Below, piece after piece: positions 41,586 to 56,668 of a stretch of DNA of 248,000 nucleotides. Below the pieces are notes generated by a model, which saw only the letters and a list, made by a program, of their open reading frames with translations, made no database searches and was not told the DNA's origin. The position numbers were made by a program, and so were the translations under genes. The stretch's first letter is position 1; every line of letters begins with the position of its first letter. The stretch comes from Octopus vulgaris (lineage: Eukaryota). The DNA lies in NCBI GenBank assembly GCA_951406725.2, contig OX597817.1, forward strand, positions 87,812,001 to 88,060,000. The letters run 5' to 3'.

Positions 41586-44500
41586 ATATACACACACTGA
41601 TATATGACCTAAGTTGGACCCCTGATTCGCATAATCACCGGATCTGGAACTTAACTATGGTCTGTTCATAGCACTTATTCAGCATTACCTGACACCTTTG
41701 GGTCTCACTGACACTATTACCTCTCATAACCTATATATATATATATATATAATATGTGTATGTTTGTGTTTGTCCCCTACCACTACTTCACAGCTGATTT
41801 TGTTTGCACTCTTGTAACTTAGCAGTTCAACAAAAGGACTGATAAAATAAGTACCAGGCATAAAAATATATAAGTACTGGGGGCGATTTGTTCAACTAAA
41901 CCTTTCTAGTCAGTGTTCCAGCATGGCCACAATCTAGTGAGTGAAACAGGTGAAAGATGAAAGATAAAATGCCTTTATTAATATATGCTAATTTATTTAA
42001 TTTTAATTATGGTTTCTACACCCTCATTTTTTTCAAAAAAAAATTAGGTTGAAAATTCAGTTAGATATGTGTTAAACTTTATTGAAACCAAGCAAAACCA
42101 GAAGACATTAACTCAGTGCCATCGTCACACATTTCTGTCAGGTTAGTGTATTTATGGTCATATAATTTGTGCTAATATATTTATGTTACTGTAATATAGT
42201 TTGTATTAATATGTAATTTGGGTAAATATATTTGTGTTAATTTTTGTAAATATATTTTGTTGATATATTTGTGTTAATATAATGATAAATTTTGTCAAAA
42301 ATCACTTATTATAAACAAATACTCCATCTTGAAGGAATTAATATCCTTATTACAAGAGAGGCTAAAATCACCTTTAATGAACAGACACAAATGTACACTG
42401 AAATATGAAACAACTAAAAGGAAAATAAAATATTCCTCATTCTTTTCTTAGTCCATAGTTCTTGTCAGCCTTATCTTCATCTCCCAGAGTGACACTTACA
42501 TATTGCTTAATTTCACTACCTAAATATACACAGTTTACTGCTTTTATAGCAATTGTACTGTTTCTGCTTATTTCCAGCATTCTAGTCTATTCATGGAACT
42601 TGCAGATAAAATACAGACATCTCCAACATTATGGAAGAGTTGCATTTTTGAAAATCTTGCCTTTAACCCTTTAGCATTCAGATTATTCTGTCAAATGCAA
42701 TACCCATTCGTTCATACTGATTTGAACTAATCTTGCATTGTCTCATAGCTTTGGGATTTCAGTGATGTGATTATTTATGTTTAGAATGACATTGTTTGAG
42801 AGGCTAGATCTGACCAGTTTGAACATAAAACAAATAGAAAATTTGGGGCTAGATATGGCCAGTTTAAATGCTAAAGTGTCAACATGGAATTCAGCGATGG
42901 CAAATCTATTTTCCTATTTCCTTCTCTGTTGTTTTAGATAGTTGTACAAATAGTTTCATAAAGTACATACATGACTTTATTTTATTTCAATAGCTGCAGT
43001 CTTTAATCTATCAAGGCTGATTAAGTGGATTTGTCAGCATACCATTTTCATATCAAAAGTACAAAGGAGCAAACCACTTCAGGATTATAAATATTTATAG
43101 AGATGCTCATGCTATTTTTAAAGACTTTAAGTAAGAATTTTGGTGTGTTTTTCAATATTGAAGCATCAGTAGGCTTCATCTCCAAATGTTTATTAAACCA
43201 GATGGTGACTACAAAAATACAGCCTCTTCATTCCCTTGCTTGAGTGATCTCATTTAATCACTTCCAGATACTACATTGGTTTTATCCTGTATCAGTTAGC
43301 AACTTCAGTTTTATCCAGTGTCAGCAACATCAGTTTTACCCTGTGTCAATTAGTAACATTCTCCAGAAAATTTTATAGAATACATATATATAGACCCAAG
43401 ATATAGTCTGCCATATCAATAGTTAAGAAAAAAGTTTTGACGATTTAGGATTTCAAGAAGAAATTTAATTCAAATATTATATTCAAAATGTAATTTAAGG
43501 TTACATGTTCTTCATAATTTGTGGCCACTGAACAGTTCTTTGATATCACTCTTTGATTGATAAATAGAGAAATGTCTGCACATTATAAATGTAACAGCAA
43601 CATCGTCATCAACATCTGAATATTCCTCTCCAATTTAACTAATACCATTAGTCTACATATCTTTTGTAGATATTCTTATTTAATGAAACCATTTGTAAGT
43701 GTATTTAATTTCTGCGTGCTTAATGTAACTCTTCAAAGTAGTCTCCAGAATATTGTTGAGATATTTAATTTATTTCTTGCCAACATATTCTTTATCAAAC
43801 ATGACAGCAAGATACTATCTGAATTTTGTCATTAATCAAATAGACAGAAAGCAGAAAAGAAAAAGAAATTAAACCAAAAAAATACTGTTTTTGCATCATG
43901 TACAACAAGTAGAAACTATGATTAAATCTTCTTGTTAAGAAAATATGATATTTGATAGTAAAAAAATTGGTTCAATGAAATACATAAAACTTTCTAAAAT
44001 TGAAATAATTATAATTATTAAAAGTGTGATGATGTGAACTGAGCATTGATTTATGGCTAGGTTCAGTTCCAATTTATACACTCATCTATTATTTATATAT
44101 TTAAATATATATTTATTTATGTTGCTGATATATTATATAAAGCATTTTTCATAAAATTGAATTTCATTAAAAATTTCAAAAAGACTTCTGAGTAAAGTAT
44201 GTGAGAAAACCTCAAATAATTATAATTACTCATCTTTTGAAATAGTTTACAAAGTTTGTCATTTAATTTGTTTTTGTATTCTAAGATGAGGAATGGAAGC
44301 TTGGATAGTTTTAGAAACCAGACAATTAGATCAATTATAAGAGTAAATATTTTTACAACCAGAAACCCCAGCAAAGTCTAAAGTTAATTGCTTGTCATTT
44401 AAAGTAGGGCTTATGTACATGGGTCTTGCCTATAAATAGAACAGAGAAGCTGCAACTTACTTGAAATAGCAGCTTAGTCTCTTTGAAATCATTACCTACC

Positions 44501-44991
44501 ATCTTAAAAATGGAAGGCTGTGTCCGATAATAGAGATTGCTATGCACCAACTGGGTCTACTTGCCTCCCAACTTCTGTAGCTTCTACATATTCTCTGTTC
44601 ATACTGACAAAACCAAACAGCAAACTGCCTTGTATATGTTCTTCTTGTTACACTGTTCCACAAACACAGCATCATAAAGTTTGCAGCACTTTCCCAAATC
44701 AACTCACATCAGCTATCTGTCAACTATAGGCCTCATAGCCGTAAATCAACAGCACTGCCTAGGGAACAATTATGAATTAATCTATAATCCTGTTATCTAA
44801 ATATTACCAGTTTAACTGCTGTAATCTTGTAAACATCACTTGGACATGTCTGTTGAAGAAGGCTTGCAGCAATTTAACTAAAGAGTTGATTGTTACAATC
44901 ATATATATAATTAACCTAGGGCAAGTGTCTTCTAATACAGACTCAAGTCAACCAAGGCTTTGTGAGTAAATTTGACTGAAAGAAGCCTGTC

Positions 44992-45027
<36 letters not shown>

Positions 45028-45666
45028 GTGTGTATGTGTCTTTGTGTCTATATTTTATTGTCCCCTACCACCACTTGACAACTGGTGTTGGTGTGTTTAC
45101 ATCCCTGTAACTTAGTTGTTTTAGAAAAAGATACTGAGAGACTAAGTACTGGGGTAAATTTGCTCAACTAAGATTCTTCAAGGCAGTGTCCCTGCTTGGT
45201 CACAATCTAATGGATGAAACAGGTGAAAGATACATAGAAAATACATATCATGTGAACATGTGACCGACCAGGTTATCAGATGTTGTTACACATCACTGGT
45301 CACAATGCACTTTTGCATTATTTTAGCATTCAAATGACGCTACCCCACTGGCTAAGCAAGCAGGCCAGCATTTCCCCTTGATTGAAAGGGAGACTGGAGC
45401 AACATGAAATTGAAGTGTTTTGCTCAAGAACATAACACATCATCCAATTAGGGAATCAAACCCATGATCTAGTGATTGTAAAAGCAACAGCCTAACCACT
45501 TGACCACACACCTTCACAAAAAAATATATATATATATCACACTAAATATGCATTTTTTCCTGTTTCTACATGACTTGTTTAAACATTTCATTTAGAACTT
45601 GTATAATTCTAGTCTCTTTCCTAAATATTTCTTTGACCACCCTCTCTCTTTCACTCTCTTTTAAAG

Positions 45667-45804
45667 ACTCCTCAAGATCTCTATATTACTCTTCTGACCA
45701 ACTACAATATGCTGTAATGGTTCATTCAATGTCTGTTCTTGGCTGTCTCCTTTTATTCAAAGCTGGCCGGCAGTTGTTTCCAGTTCATATGTTGGACATG
45801 CTCA
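45667..45804 (+). CDS. TBC1D32: TBC1D32 exon
   Basis: ttaaag/gtaagt; SSRSLYYSSDQLQYAVMVHSMSVLGCLLLFKAGRQLFPVHMLDML; phase 1-1. Confidence 0.85.
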
Positions 45805-48231
45805 GTAAGTTCTGTTCTTATTCTTTAAATTCCATCTGTTACCAACACAAATATGGCTATTGTTTATGTTGATGATTACTTTCTTTTTTGCTATTTTACT
45901 GTAAAAGGTAAATTACAAGGGTTTAAATATGTACATACATGAATACATATATACGTACATATATGTATGTAGGTGCATTAAAGTGTCGGGCTCATAATCA
46001 TGAGGTAGTGAGTTTGATTCCTGGACTGGGCTGTGTGTTGCATTCTTGAGCGAGACACTTTATTTCACATTGCTCCAGTTCACTCAGCTGTAGAAATGAG
46101 TTGTGACATCACTGGTGCCAAATTGTATTAGCCTTTGCCTTTCCCATGGCTAACATCAGTGGCATTGAAAGGGAGGCTGGGATGCATAGGTAACTGCTGG
46201 TCTTCCATAAACAACCTTACCTGGACTTGTGCCTCAGAGTGTAACTTTTTAGGTGCAATCCCATGGTCATTCATGATCACAGGGGGTCTTTTCCCTGTAT
46301 ATATGTGTGTGTGTGTGTGTGTGTAAAGCTAATAAATAACAACGACATCAAGGTATTAGTGCATTACGACCATTTCAGGCAGCTCCATTTAATCAAACAA
46401 TACAAGCATTACATCAGTCTGAAAGATGCTGCCATCTTCAGATGCAAAATATAGGTTTTCAACATACAGGAGACTCCATTATAATTTTTAGCAAATATTT
46501 CATCAGAACTAGAGAATGAAAGAATTACATGCTGCTATTACTGTAGCAGAATGAACTTAGAGAGAAGAATACCCCAACTATAATTTGGAGTGGCAGAAGA
46601 GAATAACTGGGGGTCATGAGATAGTAATTTAGCTACAGTTTTTATCTATATTCTTATTACCATCAAAAGATCTAAAACGACTAGTATACTATGTCCACTA
46701 AGAATTAAAACCACTGGGAGTTGACAGTTAAGTTCAGCTGCTGATAATAAATTTATTATTGTCAGATAGTCTCCCAGACCTTAATTCACTATTGCTATAA
46801 ATTCCTATGACCACATAAAGAAGCAAATCTCAGAAGTCAGTAAGACTTATATTAATTAGTTTGTTTAATTACAATTTTTTCATGGTAGCATGGGTTAGAT
46901 GATGAGTTATTTCAGACAAGATTTTTACAGCCAGATGTTCTTCCTGCTGCCCACCCTTCTCAGTTTTTCAAGTAAGGGATGGGAGTGATGAGATGTATTC
47001 ATCATTTTGTCCATGTTTGCATGGATCTAGTGTGTGTGTAAGCCTATTAATGCATATTGGATGACTCATAGTTTCACAATTTCACAATATCTGGCTGCCA
47101 CACAAATATCTATCAACAGACTCTGTTCCACAAGTATTGAGAATGTGAACATGAGAAAACTTAAAATGAAACTAAATGGAGTAACTGAGATATTATAGTA
47201 TAAATTCATATAAACTGTATGGAGTTATAATTCAGTATACACAAAAAAGTTAAGGGGCTAAATTAACAAAAGAAGAGAAAATATACATTAAAAAATTTGT
47301 GTAGTTACAGTTCAGTAGATTTATATAAAATTAATGATATAGCTAAGTTTGGCTCCATAAAGTTTGGAAGTCTCAGACTAAGTATTTAAATATAGTTTTG
47401 ATTATGAATTTCTTAAGATCAGTTTTTTTTTCTGCTGCACTTAGCTCACTTCTATGACTACCATTTTATAAAGACTTGTCCTTTTAAATGATCAAATATA
47501 ATTAAAGGGTTTCATTGTATTCTGTTTTTCAATGTAGCATCTTTGATGGGTATCAAATTTTAGGCTGGTTGAGTTTAAATTCTATCGCAAATAGTATGCT
47601 TCTGTTTTACAAGACTTATCGAGTAGTTAATTGTTGCTATCTCTACATGAATAATTGGCCTCTGTTGATATGGGATGTTTATGGGCTATAATATTCTTCA
47701 TATTAGTAGATGTTACTTTAAGATTATGTCTTTTGAACTGTTTCTTATAAGTTATGGTTTGCAAGGAAGTATTTACTCATAAAATTTAGGAGACTTTTTC
47801 TATGTTAGATTTAGTGTTTCTTCAGAGGCAGATGTAAACAAAATATTTTGATACATTTTTTTTGTCTAGGAGATTCTGAGGCTGGTGATGTACTTGGTCT
47901 TATTTTTAAATCTGTCTGATAGCTATCAAAGAGATTTGATAACTAGAGAGACTATAGTCTATCTAGGCAAAGATTTCAGGCCAAATTTGAAATTCTTCTA
48001 CTTAATTTGTTGATAAAATTTTGAAAATCTAAAACTGGGTGACATGAATCTACATTAATATAATTTCATTTGGTTTTCTAAATTTAAAGGTGAGATCTCT
48101 TAACCCAGATTGAAGATTATTGAATAAATAAAATCTTCCAAAAATGTAATATGTGTAACCTATCCACAGCAGAAAAAATGACAGATCCTAAAATTCTGTA
48201 CAACAAGAATTGTATTTAAATGTTATATCTA

Positions 48232-48483
48232 ATTCTGTTGTGTCTGGGGAGAGTCATTCTCCTTTAGTGCCTCACCGGTAACACACTCACCGGTAAAATT
48301 TCCACTTATTTCTTATTTTTATTGCGTCTTGCAACCTTTTCAATAGTCTTGACTATTGAAAAGGTTGCAAGACAACGAAAATTTTAGGAAGATAAAAATA
48401 AGAAATAAGTGGAAATTTTACCGGTGAGTGTGTTACATTATAAGGCACAAAAAGAAAATGACTCTCCCCAGACACAACAGAAT
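48232..48483. repeat. Imperfect 250-bp palindrome
   Basis: ctgttgtgtctggggagagtcatt / aatgactctccccagacacaacag arms; centre caatagtc-tt-gactattg. Confidence 0.85.
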
Positions 48484-51400
48484 ATGCTTCAACACACAAA
48501 CTCATATAAAGAATTTTGCAAACCAAATCCAAAAACGTTATATCTAATGTTTTTTTGGAAAATGCTGTCGTTTCATGAAACTAGGCAGAGCTGTCTTAAA
48601 TTTGTAATTTTGGGAAAATGTATTGGTAGGATATATGTGACTGTATACAGATGATTATGTACACATTCTTACTTAACTTTTAACATTTCTAACCTTATCA
48701 GCATCATAAGCTAACTAGCACTCATGAAATTAACATGCAAGTGGTTGAGCATTCTACAAACACATGTACCCTTAACATCTTAACATAGTTCTCAGGGAGA
48801 TTCAGCATGGCATAGAATGCATCAAGGCTGGCCCTTTGTAAAACAGGTACTACTCATTTTTAGCTATCTGAGTGCACTGGAGCAATGTGAAATAAAATGT
48901 CTTGCTCAAGGGTACAGTGTGTTGCCAGAATCAAACTCATGACCTTACGATCACAAACCAACTACCCTAAACACTAAGCCATGTGCCTTCATATCGGCAC
49001 CATTAATCTTATATTAATCTACTAATTAATTGAAATTACATATATTTTTCTTTTATTTTTGTTCATGGAGCCATAATTGCATAGTTTTTGCTTAATTATA
49101 ACATAGGCTGTCAATTAGTCCATTTAAATTCATTTTAAGTTTTGAATATTTGCATGTACAGGGAGTGGGTATAATTCCTTTCTTTGAGGTGGCAAGTGGG
49201 CAGAATTGCTAACGTCCCAGACAAAATGCTTAGCAACATTTTGCCCATCTTTATGTTCTGAGTTCAAATATTGCCAAAGTTGAATTTACCTTTTGATATC
49301 AAAGAAATAAGTATCAATTGAGCACTGGGGTCTGTGTAATCAACTAATCCTCTCTCCCACAAAATTTCAAGCTTTGTGCCTATAGTAGAATTTTATTGGT
49401 TACTTCCCTTAAACAATATTCTAAGATTCTAATCTATTATAACTGAATCTTTTCAGAATGCATTCTATGCTCCGAATAGAATAATTATAGTTGGAGATGC
49501 CATTAGCATGATTGGTTATGTGTATGTGTGCTTTATGACTGACATACAACCCAAAGATTTCTATCAATTCACTTGCGACAGTTTCAGTTTTTCTTGCCTT
49601 TTGCTTCTTTTTCATTTTCGTCTATGTTGCTGTATTAGTGTATATGTGTATATTTTTATGTCGTTTCACTTGCCGACAGCTTTTATGGTTGAGGAGTTAT
49701 AATATGAGTGGTTATAGTGGCCATATCTGTGATGGATTGGTGTCCCATCCAGCTGGAGGGAACATATACATCATAGAAACCGGGAAACCGGGCCCATGAG
49801 CCTGGCTAAGCTTGAAAAGGGAAACCAGGCCCATGAGCCTGGCTAGGCTTGAAAAGAGCAACGTTTATCGTTTTATAGTGACCATATAGCAGTTTTGACT
49901 GCTGTTTCTAGGCATGTAAGGGTTTTTATAACCCTCTCCATTATAATTGTGATTTATTTACAATTATACATTCTTCTTTTATGATATAATTTTTTAATTG
50001 CATGTTCTGGCCATTGATATATTCATAAATAATTTTGAATTAATAAATCTCTGAATGAGCTATAAACAGTAGCTGCACGACAACGTAAAGTATATTTGCC
50101 ACTTAAATGTGGCTAACCACTAAGGGTGGATGCAACTGTAGCTTGTAGCCCCAGGAGAACATCTTCTCCAGCTGGCTATTGGCACACTTTCTGTGCCCTA
50201 TCAGTATTTGCAAAGAGAAGCCATCCTTCCCATCGTCAACCTGATGTGATACGCACAGACCTGAGTTTCTGGGTATTTACCTGTCGTCAGCGCATGACAA
50301 TCACCTGTCTTCGATGCAAAGGGCATCCAGCTGTAGAAACTTTGCCTGATCAGACTGAACCTGGTGCAGCCTCTGGTTCACCAATCCTCAGTCAAACCGT
50401 CCAACCCATGCCAGCATGGAAAGCAGATGTTAAACGGTGATGATGATATATCATCATCATCATCATCATTTAACGCCTGTCTTCCATGCTAGCATGGGTG
50501 GGACAGTACCACAAGAGAGCCAGCCAAGCTGAAGCCTGCATCAGACTTCTGTGACTGTTTTGGCAGGATTTTTACAGCTGGATTCCCTTCCTAACATCAA
50601 CCACTCAACAGATACTACAGAACGTAATCATCTTGAGAAAAAAATTGAGCATAAGAGGCATCAGATGTTGTGTATAAGTGAGAAGACTGTGCTGGTATGG
50701 TCATGTGATATGTATGGACAAAGACAGCTGCATAAAGAAATGCCAATCTCTAACTGTGGAGAGAGCCTGTGTAAGAGGTAGAACCATGAAGACATGGGAT
50801 GAGGTGGTGAAGCATGATCTTCTGATGTTGGGTTTCATGGAGGCAATGACAAGTGATCGAGTCCTTTAGTGACTTGCTGTGCTTTAGAAGACACGTCAAG
50901 CCAGATGAAATCAAATTCACAGCCAGTGCCAGTGACATAAAGGACACCCCTGGTTGGCATTAAAAAGGGCATCCATCTGTAGAAACTAAGCCAATCAAAC
51001 TGGAACCTGGTGCAACTCTCCAGCTTACCAGTTCCAGTCAAACCATCTAACCTATGCCAGTATGGAGGACGGACATTAACCCTTTTGTTACTGTATTTAT
51101 TTTGAGATGCTCTGTGTTTCTTTCAATCACTTTAAATATAACAAAGAATTTAGCAAAATAACTTAATTATCATTCAGCTAGTGTTAGAAACATAAATTGT
51201 GACTAAGGTTTGGTGAAAGATTTTAATTCCAAACTTATGAAAACAAGACATTTGTACTCAGAGCCAGAGCCGGTTTCAGCCGAGTTGGTAACGAAAGAGT
51301 TAAATGATGATGATAATGATGATGATTATCAGACAAATTTGTTCGCCCCTCCACACACACACACACACATTTATTTTAATCCTTTCCAAGGATATTTGAA

Positions 51401-53372
51401 TTAACATGAAAAATATCTTTATCATACTGTTTAGTGTTTTTCTTTTATAGCTTTATACTTCCTCTACAACTATTGTTTATTGTTTTCGGAATTTGAATAA
51501 ACTTTTTGTCTTTTCAGACAAATGACAATGGAGTACCAAGTAGAAAAACATGAGCAAATTGATCTAACAACCCAACAATATTATATGTGTATTATATTTC
51601 TGTGTGTATTATACTTGCATGTGTGTTTGTGTATAGTATTGTGAAAGTACATGTGTGTGTACATATACAAGAACAAGTACATACATAAAAATACAAAAAC
51701 TATATAATTTCAGTGTGCTTATATGTAGATACAATTGAATTTGTGAGGTCATATATATATGCATGCCTCCACACACAAACACATTTGGACATGCAAAACA
51801 TGGGTATGTCCATGTGTATGTATGCCTGCAGCAGAAACATGTCCATGTCCATATGCTTGCATACACACATGAATATATTTGGACATGCAAAACATGGATG
51901 TGTCCATGTGCATGTATGCCTGCATATAAAAACGTGTATGTCCATATGTTTGCTTGCACTCATGAACATATTTGGAGATGCAAACATGCCTATGTCCAAA
52001 AATGAAAAATGAAAGCAAGACTAGAATTGTTTTGTCTTTATTAATAGAAATTCTTTGGCAAAAAGGACAGTTGAGGTGACAGGAAGAAGATAAATCATTA
52101 TTAATATTTTGAAACACCTTGGTAACAGCAGCTGAAAGAAGAAATGTAATTATAGATGATTAAGACTGATGGCTGTTTATTCTTAACAGAGCACAATTCC
52201 CAGGGCCTCCCTCTGCAGTAGGGTGTGGGGTATAAGTAGAAGAGAGGTGTTAATGAAACCATTTATGCACAGGAAAATAAAAATCTGAGCAAGCAGGTTT
52301 TCTGTGTGTGTTAAAGAAGATTAAATAATGTGAAGTGTTCTGAAAGTAAACACAGATAATTAATAAACAGTGCAGTAGGATAATATAAAAGATTGAAGAA
52401 AAATAATTCAAATAAGCCACAGACTGAAATAAATCAAGTATGTATGGATGCACAGAATGACATACACTGAAAATACTTTATATTTTCCTCTTAGCTGAAG
52501 AAAGAAAATGAAAAGCTGTCAACATTTGTTAACAACTCTCAAAGAAGAGGAGAAAGAAGTGTTTTAATTGAGTTTTCATGTTAAGATGACAATTTTCTTT
52601 TTAGTTCATAGCAACTGTCAGGTTCCAGTCTTAATAGAGCTCATCAGTGAAACATAGATAATATAAACCTTATGTTAAAGTCAGTTAAATTCATTAATTA
52701 TTGGCTTCAAATTTTAGTACAAGGCCAATAATTTCAGGGGACAGGGTAAGTTGATTACATCAACCCCAGTGTTCAACTGGTAATTATTTTATCGACCACC
52801 AAATGATGAAAGGCAAAGTCGACCCAGCAGCATTTGAACTCAAAATGTAGTTAGAAGAAATGCTGCTCAGTAGTAATTATTCTGCCAGCTTGCCACCTTA
52901 ATTTCATTAATTATTGAAAACAAACAGAACTTATATCAGAAATATTTGTCTCACCATAGCAACAAAGAATGCAACAAGAATGCCAATTGTCACCAATCTT
53001 TTGTGAAGTAAATGGCTACGTTTATCAATCAGGCAACAATGAGTATGGTTTCTTTGAATTGTCTTAGTGTATTTATCATATAAATTTACCCTCAGGTTGG
53101 GAAAATTGAATAATAGGGGCAGCTAAGGTTAGTCCTAATTTTAAAACTACTATCTTTTATCTTTTATTTGTTTCAGTCATTGGACTGTTACCATACTGGG
53201 GCACTACATCAAAGAGTTTAGTTGAACAAATTGACCCCAATACTTATTTTTCAAAGTCTGGTTCTTATTCCATTAGTTCCTTTTGCTGAACCACTATATT
53301 ACAAGGTTGTAGACAAATGAAGTGGTTGGGATATAAACACAAGCACAATAACATATGGGCATGCGCACACAT

Positions 53373-53407
<35 letters not shown>

Positions 53408-56400
53408 GCCTATGTATGATGGGCTTTTTTCAGTCTCTGTCAACCAGATCAATTTTACCTTGGATTAAACTTTTGTCATAAGCCATCACCTTTTAGTTTG
53501 TTTAAACTTAGAGAATACTTGTATAAAAGGAAGTTATTATGTTAAACCTCCTGCTGCAGTGGAAGTTTAAGATTAGAAGAGGGAAATAATTATTTTACTG
53601 TTTTGTAATCCTGAAAGGAAATTTCTCTCTCCCAAGACAATTTTCATAGCTAAAGTCTTTTCACATTTGAATGTAAACAACTGTGCTAAATATTTGTTTC
53701 AATTAATACTGCTTCTATGTCTCTGTTGATGTAAGATAGGAATTAAAATCTGTCAAAATAGGGAATAGTTGCTGGTGGATTTAAACAAGAAACCACAAGA
53801 TTTAGCTGAGTGAACACTAAGGGGAAATCCATGTAATCAATATACTAGATATGATTTAATTCCTGGTAACAATCTGTTGCTGCTACATGTTTAATCAACG
53901 TACTTCTGTGAATCTCTCAACTACTTTTTTCATTCTCTATCGTTTTGCCTTTAACTACCATTTTCCATTAAAAGTTTGAAATAAAACCATTGATGAGGTT
54001 TGATGAAAGCCAATATATAAACGAGTGATTTGAAATGGTTTACTAAGTAGTTAGGGTCAGCAGAGCATATTTTTAATTTCAGTGAACTGTATGATTTAAA
54101 TGAGTAACAAGGACATATATCAGTTCTTCACTTTAGAAAATGCTGAGTAAGAAAGCAGTTTGACCTTTTAGTAGCATTACAAAGCTGGTAAAGGCCTCAA
54201 GTTAGATTGGAATAGAGTCAGTCATATACCTTAAGTAAATTCCATACAAGAGTTTCTACTTCAGTAACTGAGATAATAGCATGGTTGCTATAAATGATCG
54301 TTGAATGAATGGAAAGAGAAAATTACATGTGATTTTAACAGTGGCATGTAGAGTAGCAACAGAAAAACTGTCCAACATGGCAATAATATCATTGATATTG
54401 ATGTAGTGGAAATTATCAAAACAAAGAACTAGATTTAACTGGTTGATTGATAAAGGCTTTGGTTAGTAAAGATTCTGAATAGGAAGTGTGTTTAAGTTAA
54501 TGTAACATTCTTTTCTACCGTGGTCATTAAAAAAAGGATCAGTTGAGTGTCAGATAGGATACTTCCCAATGTTTGTTCCAGATGTCTGCATTCTGTGTTC
54601 AAATCCTGCAGAGCTCAACTTTACTTTTCATCCTTTTTGGGTTGATATAAAAATAAACCATCCAAGCTAGTAATTTGATAGAATGTTGGACCAGATGTCT
54701 TGCAATATTTCTTCTGGCCTTTTGCATTCTGAGCTTGAATCCCTACATAGCCTATGTGGGTGGTAGACTTAATCTGTTGCCCAGTTTAACACAACCACCT
54801 GGCACCTACGTTAACTCTTGCATATCCAAGGTGCTAGATTATCTACTGTGTTGCATGTATTGAGGCCAGGTTTTTGGTTTGAGGATCTCTTCCTCCCTTC
54901 CCACTGCAAGTCATCAACACTGCCTTTCTTCCTAGCTAAAAAGTTAAGGAAAAAATATAAACAGTCAAAAGAAGATTAATTTTTGGTTCATTCAAGGCAG
55001 TGAGCTGACAGAATCATTAGGATGACAAGCAAAATGTTTAGCAGCATTTCATCCACCTTTATGTTCTGAGTTCAAATTCTGCCAAGGTCGACTGCTTTTC
55101 ATCCTTTCAGGGTCAATAAAATAAGTACCAGTTGAATGTTGGGATCAATTTAATCTACTTATCTCCTCCTCAAAATTACTGGCCTTGTGCCAAAATTTGA
55201 AATCAATAATTGATTCATTCAATCTGTAAAATATTTTAGGAGGGTGGATATTTTATAAATTACCTGTAGAACAGAGTTTGTTCAACTAGTGTTGACAGTC
55301 ATCAAAAAACCACCAAGTGAGAACTTTTCTCTTGAAAGTTACTTAACCTGCCAACATTGCAGCAGATTTTCTCACTTATCTTTACTAGATTAAGGACAGG
55401 TGCTATATGTTCTACATGTTAAAATATGTCTACTTTAAGTGGATTTATCTTTGATATATAAGTAAAAATAATGATAATGAATAAAATATTAATTTGCACT
55501 AAATTAATGAGATACTGTCCTACAGTTTGTAGTTCATCGATGAACCACAAGAGAATGAGACGTCATCATCATCATCATCATATGTCTCTTTTTCTATGTT
55601 AGCATGGGTTGGACAGTTCAACATGAACTGACAAGTGGGAGGGTTGTACTAAGCTCTAATGTCTACTTTGGCATGGTTTCTACATTCTACAGCTGGAAGC
55701 CCTTCATGATACCAACCACTTAGTCACCAAATATCCACAAGACAAAACCCCTCGAGCAAGTGCCCTGCTAAAGAGGTAAATACATGTCTTGCCCATCTGG
55801 AAAGAGAGAGATCTGAGGTCAAGGTGCAAGGTGAAAGTGAAAGAAAGAATACAATAGAGGAACAGAAACTGTGGTTGGGTAAGTAAGTGCACTATGGGGA
55901 AAATAGTGTGACAGATGATTAGAGATAAGGGAGTGAACTGGATGAGTTGAATATCATTTTAGGGGAGGGGGGAGTGAAGGAAAGAAATAGGAGCCGGTCA
56001 AGGGAAGAGGAGATGTCATCATCATCATCATTATCATTTAATGTCTCTTTTTCTATGTTAGCTTGGGTTGGACAGTTAACATGAACTGATATTTGAGAGG
56101 GTTGTACTAAGCATCAGTATTTAACATCCGTTTTCTGTGATGGCATGGGTTGGATGGCTTGACAGGAGCTGGCAAGGCCAGGGGCCACACCTGACTCCAT
56201 AGTTTGTTTTGGTTTGGTTTCTACAGCTGGATACCCTTCCTAATGCCAACCAATTTACAGAGTGTACTGGGTGCTTTTTATGTGGCACCTGCACCAAGAG
56301 ACAGTAATTTCAGGTTTGAGTCCTCTTTTGGCAAGTTAAATTTTAAATCTATCTAGGGGTTGAAATAGATTGAAATAATGAAATAACTAAATAAGAATGA

Positions 56401-56584
56401 TGTTATAAAAAGAGAAGTAATAAAGCAAGAATGTAATCCATTCAAGCTTTCCAAAACTTTCTTTTGCCTTGTTCTTTGATCATAAAACCTTGTCATTTAT
56501 CAAATTTTTGGATATTATTTTTCAATAATTTAAAATTATTTATTTTAAAAACTGTCCATTAACAGTCAAATTTACTTTTTTCAG

Positions 56585-56668
56585 TTTCTGTCAATGTAAC
56601 TCAACTTCTCCTGTTCATGTGTAATTTCATTGTCACACCTATATTTCCTTCAGATATATCTCATTGTG
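56585..56668 (+). CDS. TBC1D32: TBC1D32 exon
   Basis: ttttcag/gtaagt; SVNVTQLLLFMCNFIVTPIFPSDISHC; phase 1-1. Confidence 0.75.
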
